Shown here: positions 39,532 to 49,528 of the stretch, in pieces
Position numbering within the stretch: position 1 is the stretch's first letter
Layout of the letters: every line of letters begins with the position of its first letter
NCBI GenBank assembly: GCA_035630075.1
Contig: DASQLI010000153.1
Span: 2,242-66,241, forward strand
Direction: 5' to 3'
Source: Microlunatus sp.
GTDB lineage: Bacteria > Actinomycetota > Actinomycetes > Propionibacteriales > Propionibacteriaceae
DNA: 64,000 nucleotides
Position numbers and translations under genes: made by a program
Notes under the pieces: model-generated
The model's input: only the letters and a program-made list of their open reading frames with translations
Told to the model about the DNA's origin: nothing
The model's database searches: none

Positions 39532-40488
39532 ATGACATCGACGGTCCCCCTACCGGCCCACCTGGAGGACGCCGTCTCGAACGAGACCTCGCTGCGGCGG
39601 TTCCTCGACGGTCTGCCCGGTGTCGACCCGGTCGGCGTCGAGCAGCGAGCGGCGGGGCTGGCCACCCGATCGATCAAGAAGGCGTCCAAGCTGGCCGCCA
39701 TCGACCTGGCGATCTCCATGGTCGACCTGACCACCCTGGAAGGCGCCGACACCGAGGGCAAGGTGCGCAACCTGTGCCGCAAGGCGATGCTTCCCGACCC
39801 GGAGTTCCCGGACGCCCCGCGCGCCGCGGCGGTCTGCGTCTACCCCGACCTGGCGGCCACCGCGGTGGAGACGGTGCGCGGCAGCGGGGTCAAGGTCGCC
39901 GCTGTGGCCACGGCCTTTCCCTCCGGTCGGTCCAGCGTGGAGGTGAAGCTCGCCGACACCCGGCTGGCCGCGCAGGCCGGCGCCGACGAGATCGACATGG
40001 TGATCGACCGGGGCGCGTTCTTGGCCGGCCGTTACGGGGTGGTGTTCGACCAGATCCGGCAGGTCAAGGCGGCCTGCGGCGACGCTCGGTTGAAGGTGAT
40101 CTTGGAGACCGGCGAGCTGGCGACGTACGACAACGTCCGGCGAGCCTCCTGGCTGGCGCTGCTGGCCGGCGGGGACTTCATCAAGACCTCGACCGGCAAG
40201 GTGAGTCCGGCCGCCACCCTGCCGGTGACGCACGTGATGCTGCAGGCGGTCCGGGACTGGCGCGACCAGACGGGGCAGCAGCGGGCCGTCAAGCCGGCCG
40301 GCGGGATCCGCACGACGAAGGATGCGATCCGTTACCTGGTGGCGGTGCACGAGGTCGCCGGCCCGGAGTGGCTGGACCCGTACTGGTTCCGCTTCGGCGC
40401 TTCCTCGGTGCTGAACGACCTGCTGATGCAGCGGCGGACGCAGCTGTCCGGGCACTACTCCGGACCCGACTACGTGACACTCGACTGA
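39532..40488 (+). CDS. deoC: Deoxyribose-phosphate aldolase (long, DERA-like type)
   Basis: DLTTLEGADT, AVCVYP, EIDMVI, LKVILETGEL, FIKTSTGK, KPAGG, RFGASS. Confidence 0.95.
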   Translation: MTSTVPLPAHLEDAVSNETSLRRFLDGLPGVDPVGVEQRAAGLATRSIKKASKLAAIDLAISMVDLTTLEGADTEGKVRNLCRKAMLPDPEFPDAPRAAAVCVYPDLAATAVETVRGSGVKVAAVATAFPSGRSSVEVKLADTRLAAQAGADEIDMVIDRGAFLAGRYGVVFDQIRQVKAACGDARLKVILETGELATYDNVRRASWLALLAGGDFIKTSTGKVSPAATLPVTHVMLQAVRDWRDQTGQQRAVKPAGGIRTTKDAIRYLVAVHEVAGPEWLDPYWFRFGASSVLNDLLMQRRTQLSGHYSGPDYVTLD

Positions 40489-40498
40489 GGAGATTGCA

Positions 40499-41968
40499 GT
40501 GGACTGGGACTACGCCCCCGCACCCGAGTCGGCGGCCATCGGTGCGATCAAGGACCGCTACCTGCCGTTCATCGACGGCACGTTCGTCGAGGGTGGCGGC
40601 GAGGACCTGGTCACCTACAACCCGGGCACGGCCGAGCAGCTCTCCACGGTCTCCACCGTGGAGGACGCCGACGTGGACCGCGCCGTCGCCGCTGCCCGAC
40701 GCGCGTACGAGAAGGTGTGGCAGCCGATGCCCGGGGCGGAGCGCGGCAAGTACCTGTTCCGGATCGCGCGCGGCATCGCCGAACGCACCCGCGAGCTGGC
40801 AGTGGTGGAGACGCTGGACAACGGCAAGCCGATCAAGGAGACCCGCGACTTCGACGTGCCGACCGCGGCGCAGCACTTCTTCTACCACGCAGGTTGGGCC
40901 GACAAGCTGCAGCACCTGGGGCTGGGCGCCGACCCTCGCCCGCTCGGGGTGGCCGGGCAGGTGATCCCGTGGAACTTCCCACTGCTGATGGCGGCCTGGA
41001 AGATCGCGCCGGCGCTGGCCGCCGGCAACACGGTGGTGATCAAGCCCGCAGAGACGACCCCGTTGTCGATCTTGGTGCTGGCCGAGATCATCGCCGACGC
41101 CGACCTCCCACCCGGCGTGGTGAACATCGTGCCGGGCGCCGGCGACGTCGGCTCCACCCTGGTCAACCACCCTGGCCTGGACAAGGTCGCCTTCACCGGG
41201 TCGACGGCTGTCGGCCGCTCCATCCAGCGCAGCCTCGCCGGCACCGGCCGCAAGATCACCTTGGAGCTGGGCGGCAAGGGCGCCAACATCGTGTTCGCCG
41301 ACGCCGCCGTGGACCAGGCCGTGGAGGGCATCGTCAACGGCATCTTCTTCAACAGCGGACAGGTCTGCTGCGCCGGGTCGCGACTGCTGGTGCAGGAGTC
41401 CGTGGCCGAGGAGATGCTCTCCAAGCTGCGGGACCGGGTGGAGACCCTGCGGGTCGGTGACCCGATGGACAAGAACACCGACGTCGGCGCGATCAACTCC
41501 GCCCGGCAGCTCGAGCGGATCACCAGCCTGACCCAGGCCGGCCGGGACGAGGGGGCACAGGTGTGGACCTCGCCGTGCCCCTTGCCCGAGCGGGGCTGGT
41601 TCTTCGCCCCGACCGTGATCACCGCCGCCAGCGCGTCGATGCGGGTGGCCCGAGACGAGATCTTCGGCCCGGTGCTGACGGCGCTCACCTTCCGCACGCC
41701 CGACGAGGCGCTGGCCAAGGCCAACAACACCCCGTACGGGCTGTCCGCCGGCGTGTGGACCGAGAAGGGATCCCGAGCCATGGGCATGGCCGCGGGCCTG
41801 CGGGCCGGTGTCGTCTGGGACAACACCTTCAACCGGTTCGACCCGACCGCCGCCTTCGGTGGCTACTCGGAGTCGGGCTTCGGCCGGGAGGGCGGGCCGG
41901 CCGGGATGGCCGCCTACCTGGACACCGACGACGAACCGGTGATCACCGGCAGGAAGGGCCGTCGATGA
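40499..41968 (+). CDS. Aldehyde dehydrogenase (catalytic chain)
   Basis: IPWNFP, KPAETTP, FTGST, LELGGK, GQVCCAG, EIFGPV, FGG..SGFGREGG. Confidence 0.93.
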   Translation: MDWDYAPAPESAAIGAIKDRYLPFIDGTFVEGGGEDLVTYNPGTAEQLSTVSTVEDADVDRAVAAARRAYEKVWQPMPGAERGKYLFRIARGIAERTRELAVVETLDNGKPIKETRDFDVPTAAQHFFYHAGWADKLQHLGLGADPRPLGVAGQVIPWNFPLLMAAWKIAPALAAGNTVVIKPAETTPLSILVLAEIIADADLPPGVVNIVPGAGDVGSTLVNHPGLDKVAFTGSTAVGRSIQRSLAGTGRKITLELGGKGANIVFADAAVDQAVEGIVNGIFFNSGQVCCAGSRLLVQESVAEEMLSKLRDRVETLRVGDPMDKNTDVGAINSARQLERITSLTQAGRDEGAQVWTSPCPLPERGWFFAPTVITAASASMRVARDEIFGPVLTALTFRTPDEALAKANNTPYGLSAGVWTEKGSRAMGMAAGLRAGVVWDNTFNRFDPTAAFGGYSESGFGREGGPAGMAAYLDTDDEPVITGRKGRR

Positions 41969-42849
41969 TTCACCTGGCCGTGCCGAAGACCTACAAGCTG
42001 TACGTGGGCGGGAAGTTCCCGCGCTCGGAGTCGGGTCGGACCTACCAGCTCCGGGACGTCGACGGGCGGCTGCTGGCCAACGCCGCGCGAGCCTCCCGCA
42101 AGGACGCCAGGGACGCCGTGGTCGCCGCCCGCAAGGGCCTCGGCGGCTGGTCGGCCGCGACGCCGTACAACCGCGGCCAGGTGATCTACCGGATCGCGGA
42201 GATGCTGGACGGTCGCCACGCCGAGTTCGTCGACCTGCTGATCCGCGGCGGAGCCAAGGAGTCGGCCGCCCGGACGGAGGTCGACGCGAGTGTGGACCGG
42301 CTGGTGCACTACGCCGGCTGGACCGACAAGCTGGCGGCCGTCTTCGGCTCGGCCAACCCGGTCTCCGGGCCCTACTTCTGCTACTCCGCGCCCGAGCCGA
42401 CAGGGGTGGTCGCCGTCCTGGCGCCGATGGACGCGCCGTTGCTGGGCCTGGTCTCGGTGATCGCCCCGGTGATCGCCGGCGGCAACGCCTGCGTGGTGGT
42501 CGCGGCCGAGCCGGAGGCGTACGTGGCCATCACCTTCGCTGAGGTGCTGGCCACCTCCGACGTGCCGGGCGGCGTGGTCAACGTGCTCACCGGTTCGGCG
42601 GCCGAGATCGGCCCGCACCTGGCCGCCCACGCGGACGTGGACGCGCTGGATCTGACCGGGGGCGGCGTCGACCTCGCAGCAGATCTCGAGCAGGCCGCCT
42701 CCGACACGGTGAAGCGGGTCTACCGGCCCAAGGGCGACCCTGACTTCGCGGCAGCACCAGGCACGGCTCGGCTGCGTGCGTTCCTGGAGGTCAAGACGGT
42801 CTGGCACCCTACGGGTGCCCTGTCGTTGGCCGGCGGGACCGCTTACTGA
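41965..42849 (+). CDS. Truncated aldehyde-dehydrogenase-like protein (no catalytic domain)
   Basis: KTYKLYVGGKFPRSESG; ALDH NAD-binding fold; lacks ELGG and GQxC; ends EVKTVWHP. Confidence 0.85.
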   Translation: MIHLAVPKTYKLYVGGKFPRSESGRTYQLRDVDGRLLANAARASRKDARDAVVAARKGLGGWSAATPYNRGQVIYRIAEMLDGRHAEFVDLLIRGGAKESAARTEVDASVDRLVHYAGWTDKLAAVFGSANPVSGPYFCYSAPEPTGVVAVLAPMDAPLLGLVSVIAPVIAGGNACVVVAAEPEAYVAITFAEVLATSDVPGGVVNVLTGSAAEIGPHLAAHADVDALDLTGGGVDLAADLEQAASDTVKRVYRPKGDPDFAAAPGTARLRAFLEVKTVWHPTGALSLAGGTAY

Positions 42850-42850
42850 G

Positions 42851-43495
42851 GTGACACCGGCGTTGGTCATCCTGCTGGCCGGCCCGTCCGGGAGCGGCAA
42901 GTCCCGAGTGGCTCGGCTGGCTTCCTGCCCGCAGCTGGTGCTGGACGACTTCTACCGCGACCTCGATCACCCCGGTCTGCCGCGGACCCCTTCGACAGGG
43001 GTTCTCCTGAGCCTGTCGAAGGGCTCAGGACGGCGGCTGGGGATCGTCGACTGGGATGACATCGCGAGCTGGGACACCGAGGCTGCGATGCGGTCGATCG
43101 TCACGTTGTGCACGGTGGGCGAGGCGTCGGTGCCGACGTACGACATCGGCACCAGCCGCCGGACCGGTCGCCGACGCCTCGACCTCGAGGGCTCCGGCTG
43201 CTTCGTGGCCGAGGGACTCTTCGCCGCCGACCTGGTGGCCGCGTGCCAGCAGGCCGGCGTGCTCGGCGACGCGCTCTACCTCGACCGCCCCCGGCTGCTG
43301 ACCATGCTGCTCCGGTTCGTCCGCGACGTCCGCGAGCGCCGCAAGCCGGTCCGGGTGCTGATCCGGCGCGGGCTGGCCCTCTATCGCGCCGAGCCCGCCG
43401 TCCGCACGAGGTCGCTGGCTCTCGGCTGTCGACCGGTCAGCCTGCAAGAAGCCCTGCGGGTGGTCGAGCAGACGATGCACACTAGGTCCTCGTGA
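42851..43495 (+). CDS. P-loop kinase (uridine kinase-like)
   Basis: LAGPSGSGKS, LDDFYRD, VDWD, VPTYDI, AEGLFA, RFVRD; carries an in-frame repeat. Confidence 0.8.
   Translation: MTPALVILLAGPSGSGKSRVARLASCPQLVLDDFYRDLDHPGLPRTPSTGVLLSLSKGSGRRLGIVDWDDIASWDTEAAMRSIVTLCTVGEASVPTYDIGTSRRTGRRRLDLEGSGCFVAEGLFAADLVAACQQAGVLGDALYLDRPRLLTMLLRFVRDVRERRKPVRVLIRRGLALYRAEPAVRTRSLALGCRPVSLQEALRVVEQTMHTRSS
42988..43029. repeat. Nested REP-like palindrome inside a CDS
   Basis: CCCTTCGACAGG-GGTTCT-CCTGAGCCTGTCGAAGGG-CTCAGG (42 bp). Confidence 0.8.
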
Positions 43496-44346
43496 GTGCG
43501 TTGAACCGGCAGCGGATCGCCTACCAGGGCGAGCCAGGCGCCAACTCCCACATCGTCTGCGTCCAGCACTACCCGGCGGCCGAGGCCCTCGCCTGCGCCT
43601 CCTTCGAGGACGTGTTCGCCGCCGTCGACTCCGGCGAGGCGGATCTGGCCCTGATCCCGATCGACAACTCCGTGGCCGGTCGGGTGGCCGACATCCACCA
43701 CTTCCTGCCCGACTCGGGCCTGCACATCATCGCCGAGCACTTCCTGCGGATCCGCTTCCATCTGATGGGCGTACCGGGCACCACGCTCGAGTCGATCAAG
43801 ACCGTGCACAGCCACGTCCACGCGCTCGGCCAGTGTCGCAAGATCATCCGGGAGCACGGCTGGACCCCGCTGATCTCCGGTGACACCGCCGGGGCCGCCC
43901 GGGAGATCGCGGAGGCGCACGACGTCACCCAGGCGTCGATCTCGCCGCCGCTGGCCGCCGACATCTATCGGCTGGAGGTGCTGGCCCGCGACATCGAGGA
44001 CGAGGAGCACAACACCACCCGCTTCGTCCTGCTGTCGCCGGAGCTGGTCGAGGCTCCCCCGGGGAACGGGCCGGTGGTGACCAGCTTCATCTTCAACGTC
44101 CGCAACCTGCCGGCCGCGCTGTACAAGGCGCTGGGTGGGTTCGCGACCAACGGGGTCAACATGACCAAGCTGGAGTCCTACATGGTGAACGGCGAGTTCA
44201 CGGCCACCCAGTTCCTGGCTGAGGTCGACGGACATCCTGACGACGTCGGACTGGCTCGAGCGCTGGAGGAGCTGCGGTTCTTCACCACCGACGTCAAGAT
44301 CATGGGCGTGTACCCGGCCGACCCGTTTCGGCGTAGTGCCATCTGA
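43492..44346 (+). CDS. pheA: Prephenate dehydratase
   Basis: IAYQGEPGANS, PIDNSVAG, SHVHALGQC, HNTTRF, NGVNMTKLES ACT domain. Confidence 0.95.
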   Translation: MSALNRQRIAYQGEPGANSHIVCVQHYPAAEALACASFEDVFAAVDSGEADLALIPIDNSVAGRVADIHHFLPDSGLHIIAEHFLRIRFHLMGVPGTTLESIKTVHSHVHALGQCRKIIREHGWTPLISGDTAGAAREIAEAHDVTQASISPPLAADIYRLEVLARDIEDEEHNTTRFVLLSPELVEAPPGNGPVVTSFIFNVRNLPAALYKALGGFATNGVNMTKLESYMVNGEFTATQFLAEVDGHPDDVGLARALEELRFFTTDVKIMGVYPADPFRRSAI

Positions 44347-44399
44347 GGATGATCCTGTTAAGTTGAGGGCTCGCTGGTTCGCTAGGAGGCAGATAGCCC

Positions 44400-45830
44400 A
44401 TGACGACCGCACCACACACCGCTGAAGCCGATCATCCCGAGAGCGAGCTCAAACGCTCGATCACCGGCCGGCTGCTGTTCTTCTACGTCCTCGGTGACGT
44501 CCTGGGCTCCGGCATCTACGTCCTGATCGGCGCCGTCGCGGCCGCCGTGGGCGGTGCGTTCTGGATCGCCTTCGCGGCCGGTGTCAGCGTGGCCGCGATC
44601 ACCGGCCTGGCCTACGCCGAGCTGGTCACCAAGTACCCGCAGGCGGCTGGGGCCGCCCTCTACGTGAACAAGGCGTTCCGCAAGCCGATGCTGACGTTCC
44701 TGATCACCGTCTGCATGCTCTCGGCCAGCTTCGCCGCCTCCGGTTCGCTGGCCAGCGGCTTCGCCCGCTACTTCGGTCAGCTCTTCGAGCTGCCGCCCGC
44801 GCTCCTGGTCACCATCGTCTTCGTGCTGCTCCTGACCGCCGTCAACTACATCGGCATCACCGAGTCGGTGGTGGTCAACATGATCATGACCTTCGTCGAG
44901 GTGGCCGGACTGATCATCGTCATGCTGATCGGTGTCATCTACGTCTTCCAGGGCAACGCCAACTGGGGCACCCTCGGGGAGTTCAACGCCGAGGGCAACC
45001 CGATCTTCGCCATCATCGCCGGCGTCGCCCTCGCCTTCTTCGCCATGACCGGCTTCGAGAACGCCGCCAATGTGGCCGAGGAGACCATCAACCCGTCCAA
45101 GACCTTCCCGCGGGCCCTGATCGGCGGCATGATCGCCGCCGGCGTGATCTACGTCGCGGTGGCCATCAGCGCCGCCCTGGTGGTTCCGGTGGACACCCTG
45201 GCCGGGTCGCCGGCCGCGCTGCTCGAGGTCATCCGGGCCGGTGTGCTGCCGCTGCCGGTCGGCATGATGATCATCCTCTTCGCGTTGATCGCGATGACGG
45301 CCATCACCAACACCACGCTGGTGTGCGTGGTCACCCAGTCGCGCATCCTGTACGGGATGTCACGGGAGAACATCTTTCCCCGGATGTTCCGTACCCTGCA
45401 CCCCACCCGACGCAGCCCGTGGGTCGCGCTGATCTTCCAGGGCATCGTGGTCGCCGTGCTGCTGAGTGTCGGCGCGTTGCTCAAGCTGGTGGATCCCGAG
45501 CTGGACATCGTCTCCACCCTGGCCAACGTGACCGTGGTGTTCCTGCTGTTCATCTACGCCCTGGTGATCGTCTCCGCGCTCAAGCTGCGCGGCACCGACG
45601 ATCGGGAGGACACCTACCGGGCAAACACGCCCCTGCTGTACGTCGGCATCGTGGGCAACATCCTGCTGCTGGCGTACGTGATCATCGACGACCCGTCATC
45701 GCTGCTGTGGGTGGCCGGGCTGCTGGCCGTGGGCTTCGTGCTCTACCTGGCCGAAGCCCTCAGCAAGAAACGGCACGGCGCCAAGGTCGGGCTACCCGAC
45801 GCCGACGACATGGACGACATGGAGGTCTGA
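44400..45830 (+). CDS. APC family amino-acid permease
   Basis: GDVLGSGIY, YAELVTKYPQA, FFAMTGFE...AEET.NP; about 12 TMs. Confidence 0.92.
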   Translation: MTTAPHTAEADHPESELKRSITGRLLFFYVLGDVLGSGIYVLIGAVAAAVGGAFWIAFAAGVSVAAITGLAYAELVTKYPQAAGAALYVNKAFRKPMLTFLITVCMLSASFAASGSLASGFARYFGQLFELPPALLVTIVFVLLLTAVNYIGITESVVVNMIMTFVEVAGLIIVMLIGVIYVFQGNANWGTLGEFNAEGNPIFAIIAGVALAFFAMTGFENAANVAEETINPSKTFPRALIGGMIAAGVIYVAVAISAALVVPVDTLAGSPAALLEVIRAGVLPLPVGMMIILFALIAMTAITNTTLVCVVTQSRILYGMSRENIFPRMFRTLHPTRRSPWVALIFQGIVVAVLLSVGALLKLVDPELDIVSTLANVTVVFLLFIYALVIVSALKLRGTDDREDTYRANTPLLYVGIVGNILLLAYVIIDDPSSLLWVAGLLAVGFVLYLAEALSKKRHGAKVGLPDADDMDDMEV

Positions 45831-45832
45831 TC

Positions 45833-46303
45833 ATGCAGGTCATCGTGGCCACAGACGGCTCCAAGGCGTCCCTGGTGGCCGCCCAGCAGTTCAAGATCCT
45901 GGCCGACCCGGGCGCCATCGACGAGATCGTCGTGGTCGCGGTGGTCAGCCCGCTGGCGGTGGTGCCCTTCGACAACGAGCTGAGCCACCGGCCGCCTCCG
46001 TCGTCGGAGAACGCCGCTGATCTCAGCTTCGAGGCCGAGGCGCGCGCCGCCACTGCGGCCCTGATGAGCGAGTTCGAGGGCTGGGGCCCACCGGTCAGCC
46101 GGCGACTGCGTAGCGGCTCGCCGGCATCGGAGATCATCAAGGTCGCCGAGGAGCTGCCGGCCGACCTGATCGTGGTCGCCGCCGGCGCCCGCGGTCTGAC
46201 CTCCACCATCCTGATCGGCAGCACCGCCCAGAAGCTGCAGCACTCCGCACCGTGCTCGGTGCTGGTCAGCCGCCGGGCACCGCACAGCGCACAGCGAGGC
46301 TAG
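45833..46303 (+). CDS. Universal stress protein
   Basis: IVATDGS, ADLIVV..GARG...LIGSTAQKL..SAPCSVLV. Confidence 0.9.
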   Translation: MQVIVATDGSKASLVAAQQFKILADPGAIDEIVVVAVVSPLAVVPFDNELSHRPPPSSENAADLSFEAEARAATAALMSEFEGWGPPVSRRLRSGSPASEIIKVAEELPADLIVVAAGARGLTSTILIGSTAQKLQHSAPCSVLVSRRAPHSAQRG

Positions 46304-48551
46304 TGTCACAGGTCAGCAGCACGAACGTCGCCGTCGCGGTGGGCGGCAGCCGGTACGCGTACCCGAAGCCGCCGACCGGCCAGGGCACGGTCTGGGCCTC
46401 CCTGCCCTCGTTGTAGTAGCCGACGACCCGCGTGCCGTCACTGAGGGTGCCGCCGTCGCGGATCAGGTCACGACCGGCCGATCCCGGTCCGGTGGCCAGC
46501 TCGGCGTGACGGAGGTTGAGCTCGGTGATCGTCCACCAGCTGCCCGACTGCGCAGCGCTGGCGATCCTGACGTACCGCGCCGTCGTCTCGGGCAACGCGA
46601 TGATCATCTCCCCGGTTCGACCCGGGCCGCGGGCGACGGACCGCCAGCGCTGCCCGTCGCCGGACACCTGCACCACGTACGACCGGAGGTAGTCGCCGGA
46701 GCTCTCGCCCACGTCGAGGGAGAGCTCGGTGAACGTCTGCGGGCGGCCGAGATCGACGGTCAGGCTCATGTCGGTGTCCTGACCCTCGCCGGAGCTCCAG
46801 CGGGTTTCCTCCTTCCCGTCCAGCATGTTGGCCGGCGGACCGTCCTCGGTCGGCGTCACGTTGTCGGCGGTCAGCTCCCAGTCGTTCCGATCGAGGTCGC
46901 TGGCCGCCCCGGAGGGCGCCAGCTGCGCCCCGTACGGCAACGAGTACGCGAGCCATCCCGCCGTCAGCCGCACCTGACTCAGGGCCTCGATCACCTCGGG
47001 CCCGACGCTGGCCGTGAGCCGACCGGCCGGACTGCCAGCCGGGCCGCGCCCGTAGTCCAGATCCACCCATCCGAGATCACCGACGGGCCCGAGCCGCTCC
47101 GGGGCACGGAACCGGTACGTCGCCGCCGCCCCCGCAGCCAGGGTCGCAGTCACCTGCCGGTCACCCACGTCGAGGTCGAACGTCCGGGCCTGGTGGCCCT
47201 GGTTGTGGGCGACCACGATCAGCGACCCGTCGCGATTGCGGTAGGCGACGTTGCTGACCGGCGATCCGGCCGGCTGCGACGAACCGATCCGGACCGCTCC
47301 TGGGCTGACGAACCTGCTGGCGTGGCCGAGAGCCCAGTAGTCCAGGTTCTTGGTCACCACCTTGGTCTCGGTGTTCACCGTCACCACGCCGCGACAGGTG
47401 TCGCAGCCGCCGATGTACGGACCGTTGCGCTGGTCCAGCGCCAGGTTCCACAAGATCACCGACTGACCCCAGTGGCGCGGCACCCCGATCACCGAGTCCA
47501 TGGTCAGGTCGAAGGCCTCGTCCCGGGTGCCCTGCCACTCCCCGCCTGAGCACTCGGTCAAGAACGACTGCGCGTGCGGGTAGTTGTTGTGCGACACCGA
47601 CTGGGCCGGCACCTCGCCGTCGTAGCAGTGCCAGGCGGTGCCGGCCACATACCGGGCTGCAGAACGATCGGAGTAGAGGTACTCGGGGTAGTCGGTGACG
47701 TCCCAGTTGTGGTCGTAACCCAGGATTGTCGTGTCGTCCAGACCGGCCTCGTCCAGAGCGGGCCCGAGGTGTCCGCTCAGGAACGTCGCGGCCTGCGGCG
47801 GCATCACGCCCATGCCGGGATAGTCCTCGGGCTCGTACAGCGGCTCGTTCTGCATCGACACGTAGTCGGTGCGGATGCCCGCCTTTGCGTACGCCCGAAT
47901 GAACCGCACGAAGTACTGCGCGTACGCCTGGTGGTACGTGGGCAGCAGCGACCCGGTGATCATGGAGTCGGTGTCCTTCATCCAACCCGGCGCGCTCCAC
48001 GGGCTGGCCATGAAGCTGATCTGCGGGTTGATCGCGTACGCCTCCTGCAGCCTGGGCAGGATGTACGCGCGATCATGGGCGATGCTGAAGTCGGACAGGT
48101 CGCGATCGGTCTTGCCGGCCGGCTGGTCGTCATAGGAGTACGCCTGCTGCACCGCGAAGTCCGAGGCCGCCATCGGCTGTCGCAGCATCGACAGCCCGAT
48201 CCCCTCGGTCGGAGAGAACAGCTCGGTCATGATCGACTTCCGGGTGCTGGCCGGCAGCTGCGACAGCACGAACGCCGACGAGTCGGTCATCGACGCCCCG
48301 AACCCGATCATGGTCTGGTAGCGCCTGGCCGGGTCGATCACGATGGCATCGTCGCCGCTGGCCGCCCGCTGCCAGCGTTGCACCGGCTGCCGTTCCAGGC
48401 GCTGGTCGGTGTCGAGGTCGGTGACCCAGGACTCGACGCCCACGCTCCAACGGGCGGTGTCGGCTGTTTCCCGCATCGGAGCCGCTGACGGCAGGCTCAC
48501 CACCAGGGCACCGATCAGCCCGAGCCCGACCAGCGTCGTGCGTCGTGCCAT
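46266..48551 (-). CDS. Secreted GH30 glycoside hydrolase with F5/8 type C (CBM32-like) domain
   Basis: Signal peptide; GFGASMTD, ASPWSAPGWMK, MQNEP, FLTECSGG, WNLALD; DG..ETRWSSG..Q...VDLG. Confidence 0.88.
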   Translation of the reverse strand: MARRTTLVGLGLIGALVVSLPSAAPMRETADTARWSVGVESWVTDLDTDQRLERQPVQRWQRAASGDDAIVIDPARRYQTMIGFGASMTDSSAFVLSQLPASTRKSIMTELFSPTEGIGLSMLRQPMAASDFAVQQAYSYDDQPAGKTDRDLSDFSIAHDRAYILPRLQEAYAINPQISFMASPWSAPGWMKDTDSMITGSLLPTYHQAYAQYFVRFIRAYAKAGIRTDYVSMQNEPLYEPEDYPGMGVMPPQAATFLSGHLGPALDEAGLDDTTILGYDHNWDVTDYPEYLYSDRSAARYVAGTAWHCYDGEVPAQSVSHNNYPHAQSFLTECSGGEWQGTRDEAFDLTMDSVIGVPRHWGQSVILWNLALDQRNGPYIGGCDTCRGVVTVNTETKVVTKNLDYWALGHASRFVSPGAVRIGSSQPAGSPVSNVAYRNRDGSLIVVAHNQGHQARTFDLDVGDRQVTATLAAGAAATYRFRAPERLGPVGDLGWVDLDYGRGPAGSPAGRLTASVGPEVIEALSQVRLTAGWLAYSLPYGAQLAPSGAASDLDRNDWELTADNVTPTEDGPPANMLDGKEETRWSSGEGQDTDMSLTVDLGRPQTFTELSLDVGESSGDYLRSYVVQVSGDGQRWRSVARGPGRTGEMIIALPETTARYVRIASAAQSGSWWTITELNLRHAELATGPGSAGRDLIRDGGTLSDGTRVVGYYNEGREAQTVPWPVGGFGYAYRLPPTATATFVLLTCDTSLAVRCAVPGG

Positions 48552-48681
48552 GGATCCTCGCTCGCTGCGCGTTCCCGGCCCCGGAGGTCCGGCGATCTTA
48601 TCCGATCTCCTGGCCAGGCGCCCGGGCGGGGACTAGTGTCCGGACTGCGGCGTCGCCCTGCTGCGCGGCGCCCTCGGGGAG

Positions 48682-49479
48682 ATGAGAGTCGTGTCCGAAC
48701 AGCCGCCCTCGCCGCTGTTCGCGGTCGCCGCTCAAGCGTACGACCGGTTGATGGGCCGCTATCTGCCGACGCTGGGCGTGGCCTTCGCCGATGCTGCCCG
48801 CATCGCCGCAGGACAGCGGGCGCTGGACGTCGGCTGTGGCCCCGGCGGCTTGACCACCGAGCTCGTCCGACGGCTGGGCGCGGAGTCGGTGGCGGCGATC
48901 GACCCCTCACCCACCTTCGTGGCCGCCTGCCGCGAAAGACATCCCGGCGTCGAGGTCCGCCAGGGCTTCGCCGAGGACCTGCCGTGGCAGGACCACGCGT
49001 TCGACGCCACCCTCGGGTCGCTGATCGCCGGTTTCCTGGCCGGCCCGGGACGCGCTGCGGCGGAGATGCGTCGGGTGACCGTCCCCGGCGGCTCGGTCGG
49101 ACTGTGCTTCTGGGAGATCGAGCGGATGCCGTTGATCACCAGCTTCTGGCAGGCGGTCTTCAGCGTGGACAGCACGGCCAGCGGCGAGGCCGAGCTGTTC
49201 GGTCGCCATCGCGGTCAGCTCGCCGAGCTGCTCAGCTCCGCGGGCCTGCGCGAGGTGACCGAGTCCTCGCTGACGGCGACCGCCGACTACGCCGACGCGG
49301 ACGACTGGTGGTCGTCCTTCACCGGCGGCGCCGGACCCGTAGGGGCCCAGTACAACCGGATGGACGACGAGCAGCGCGCTCGGGTGCGCGCTCGCGGTCT
49401 GGAGCTGCTGGGCAGCCCGAGTGGCGCGTTCACCCTCGAGGCGCACGCCTGGTGCGCCGTCGGACAGGTGCCGGGCTGA
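48682..49479 (+). CDS. Class I SAM-dependent methyltransferase
   Basis: YDRLMGRY, ALDVGCGPGGLT, AEDLP. Confidence 0.9.
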   Translation: MRVVSEQPPSPLFAVAAQAYDRLMGRYLPTLGVAFADAARIAAGQRALDVGCGPGGLTTELVRRLGAESVAAIDPSPTFVAACRERHPGVEVRQGFAEDLPWQDHAFDATLGSLIAGFLAGPGRAAAEMRRVTVPGGSVGLCFWEIERMPLITSFWQAVFSVDSTASGEAELFGRHRGQLAELLSSAGLREVTESSLTATADYADADDWWSSFTGGAGPVGAQYNRMDDEQRARVRARGLELLGSPSGAFTLEAHAWCAVGQVPG

Positions 49480-49528
49480 CGGTCTACGCTGATCCCGGCT
49501 CGGGGCCGCACGAATATCTGGAGTCTGC

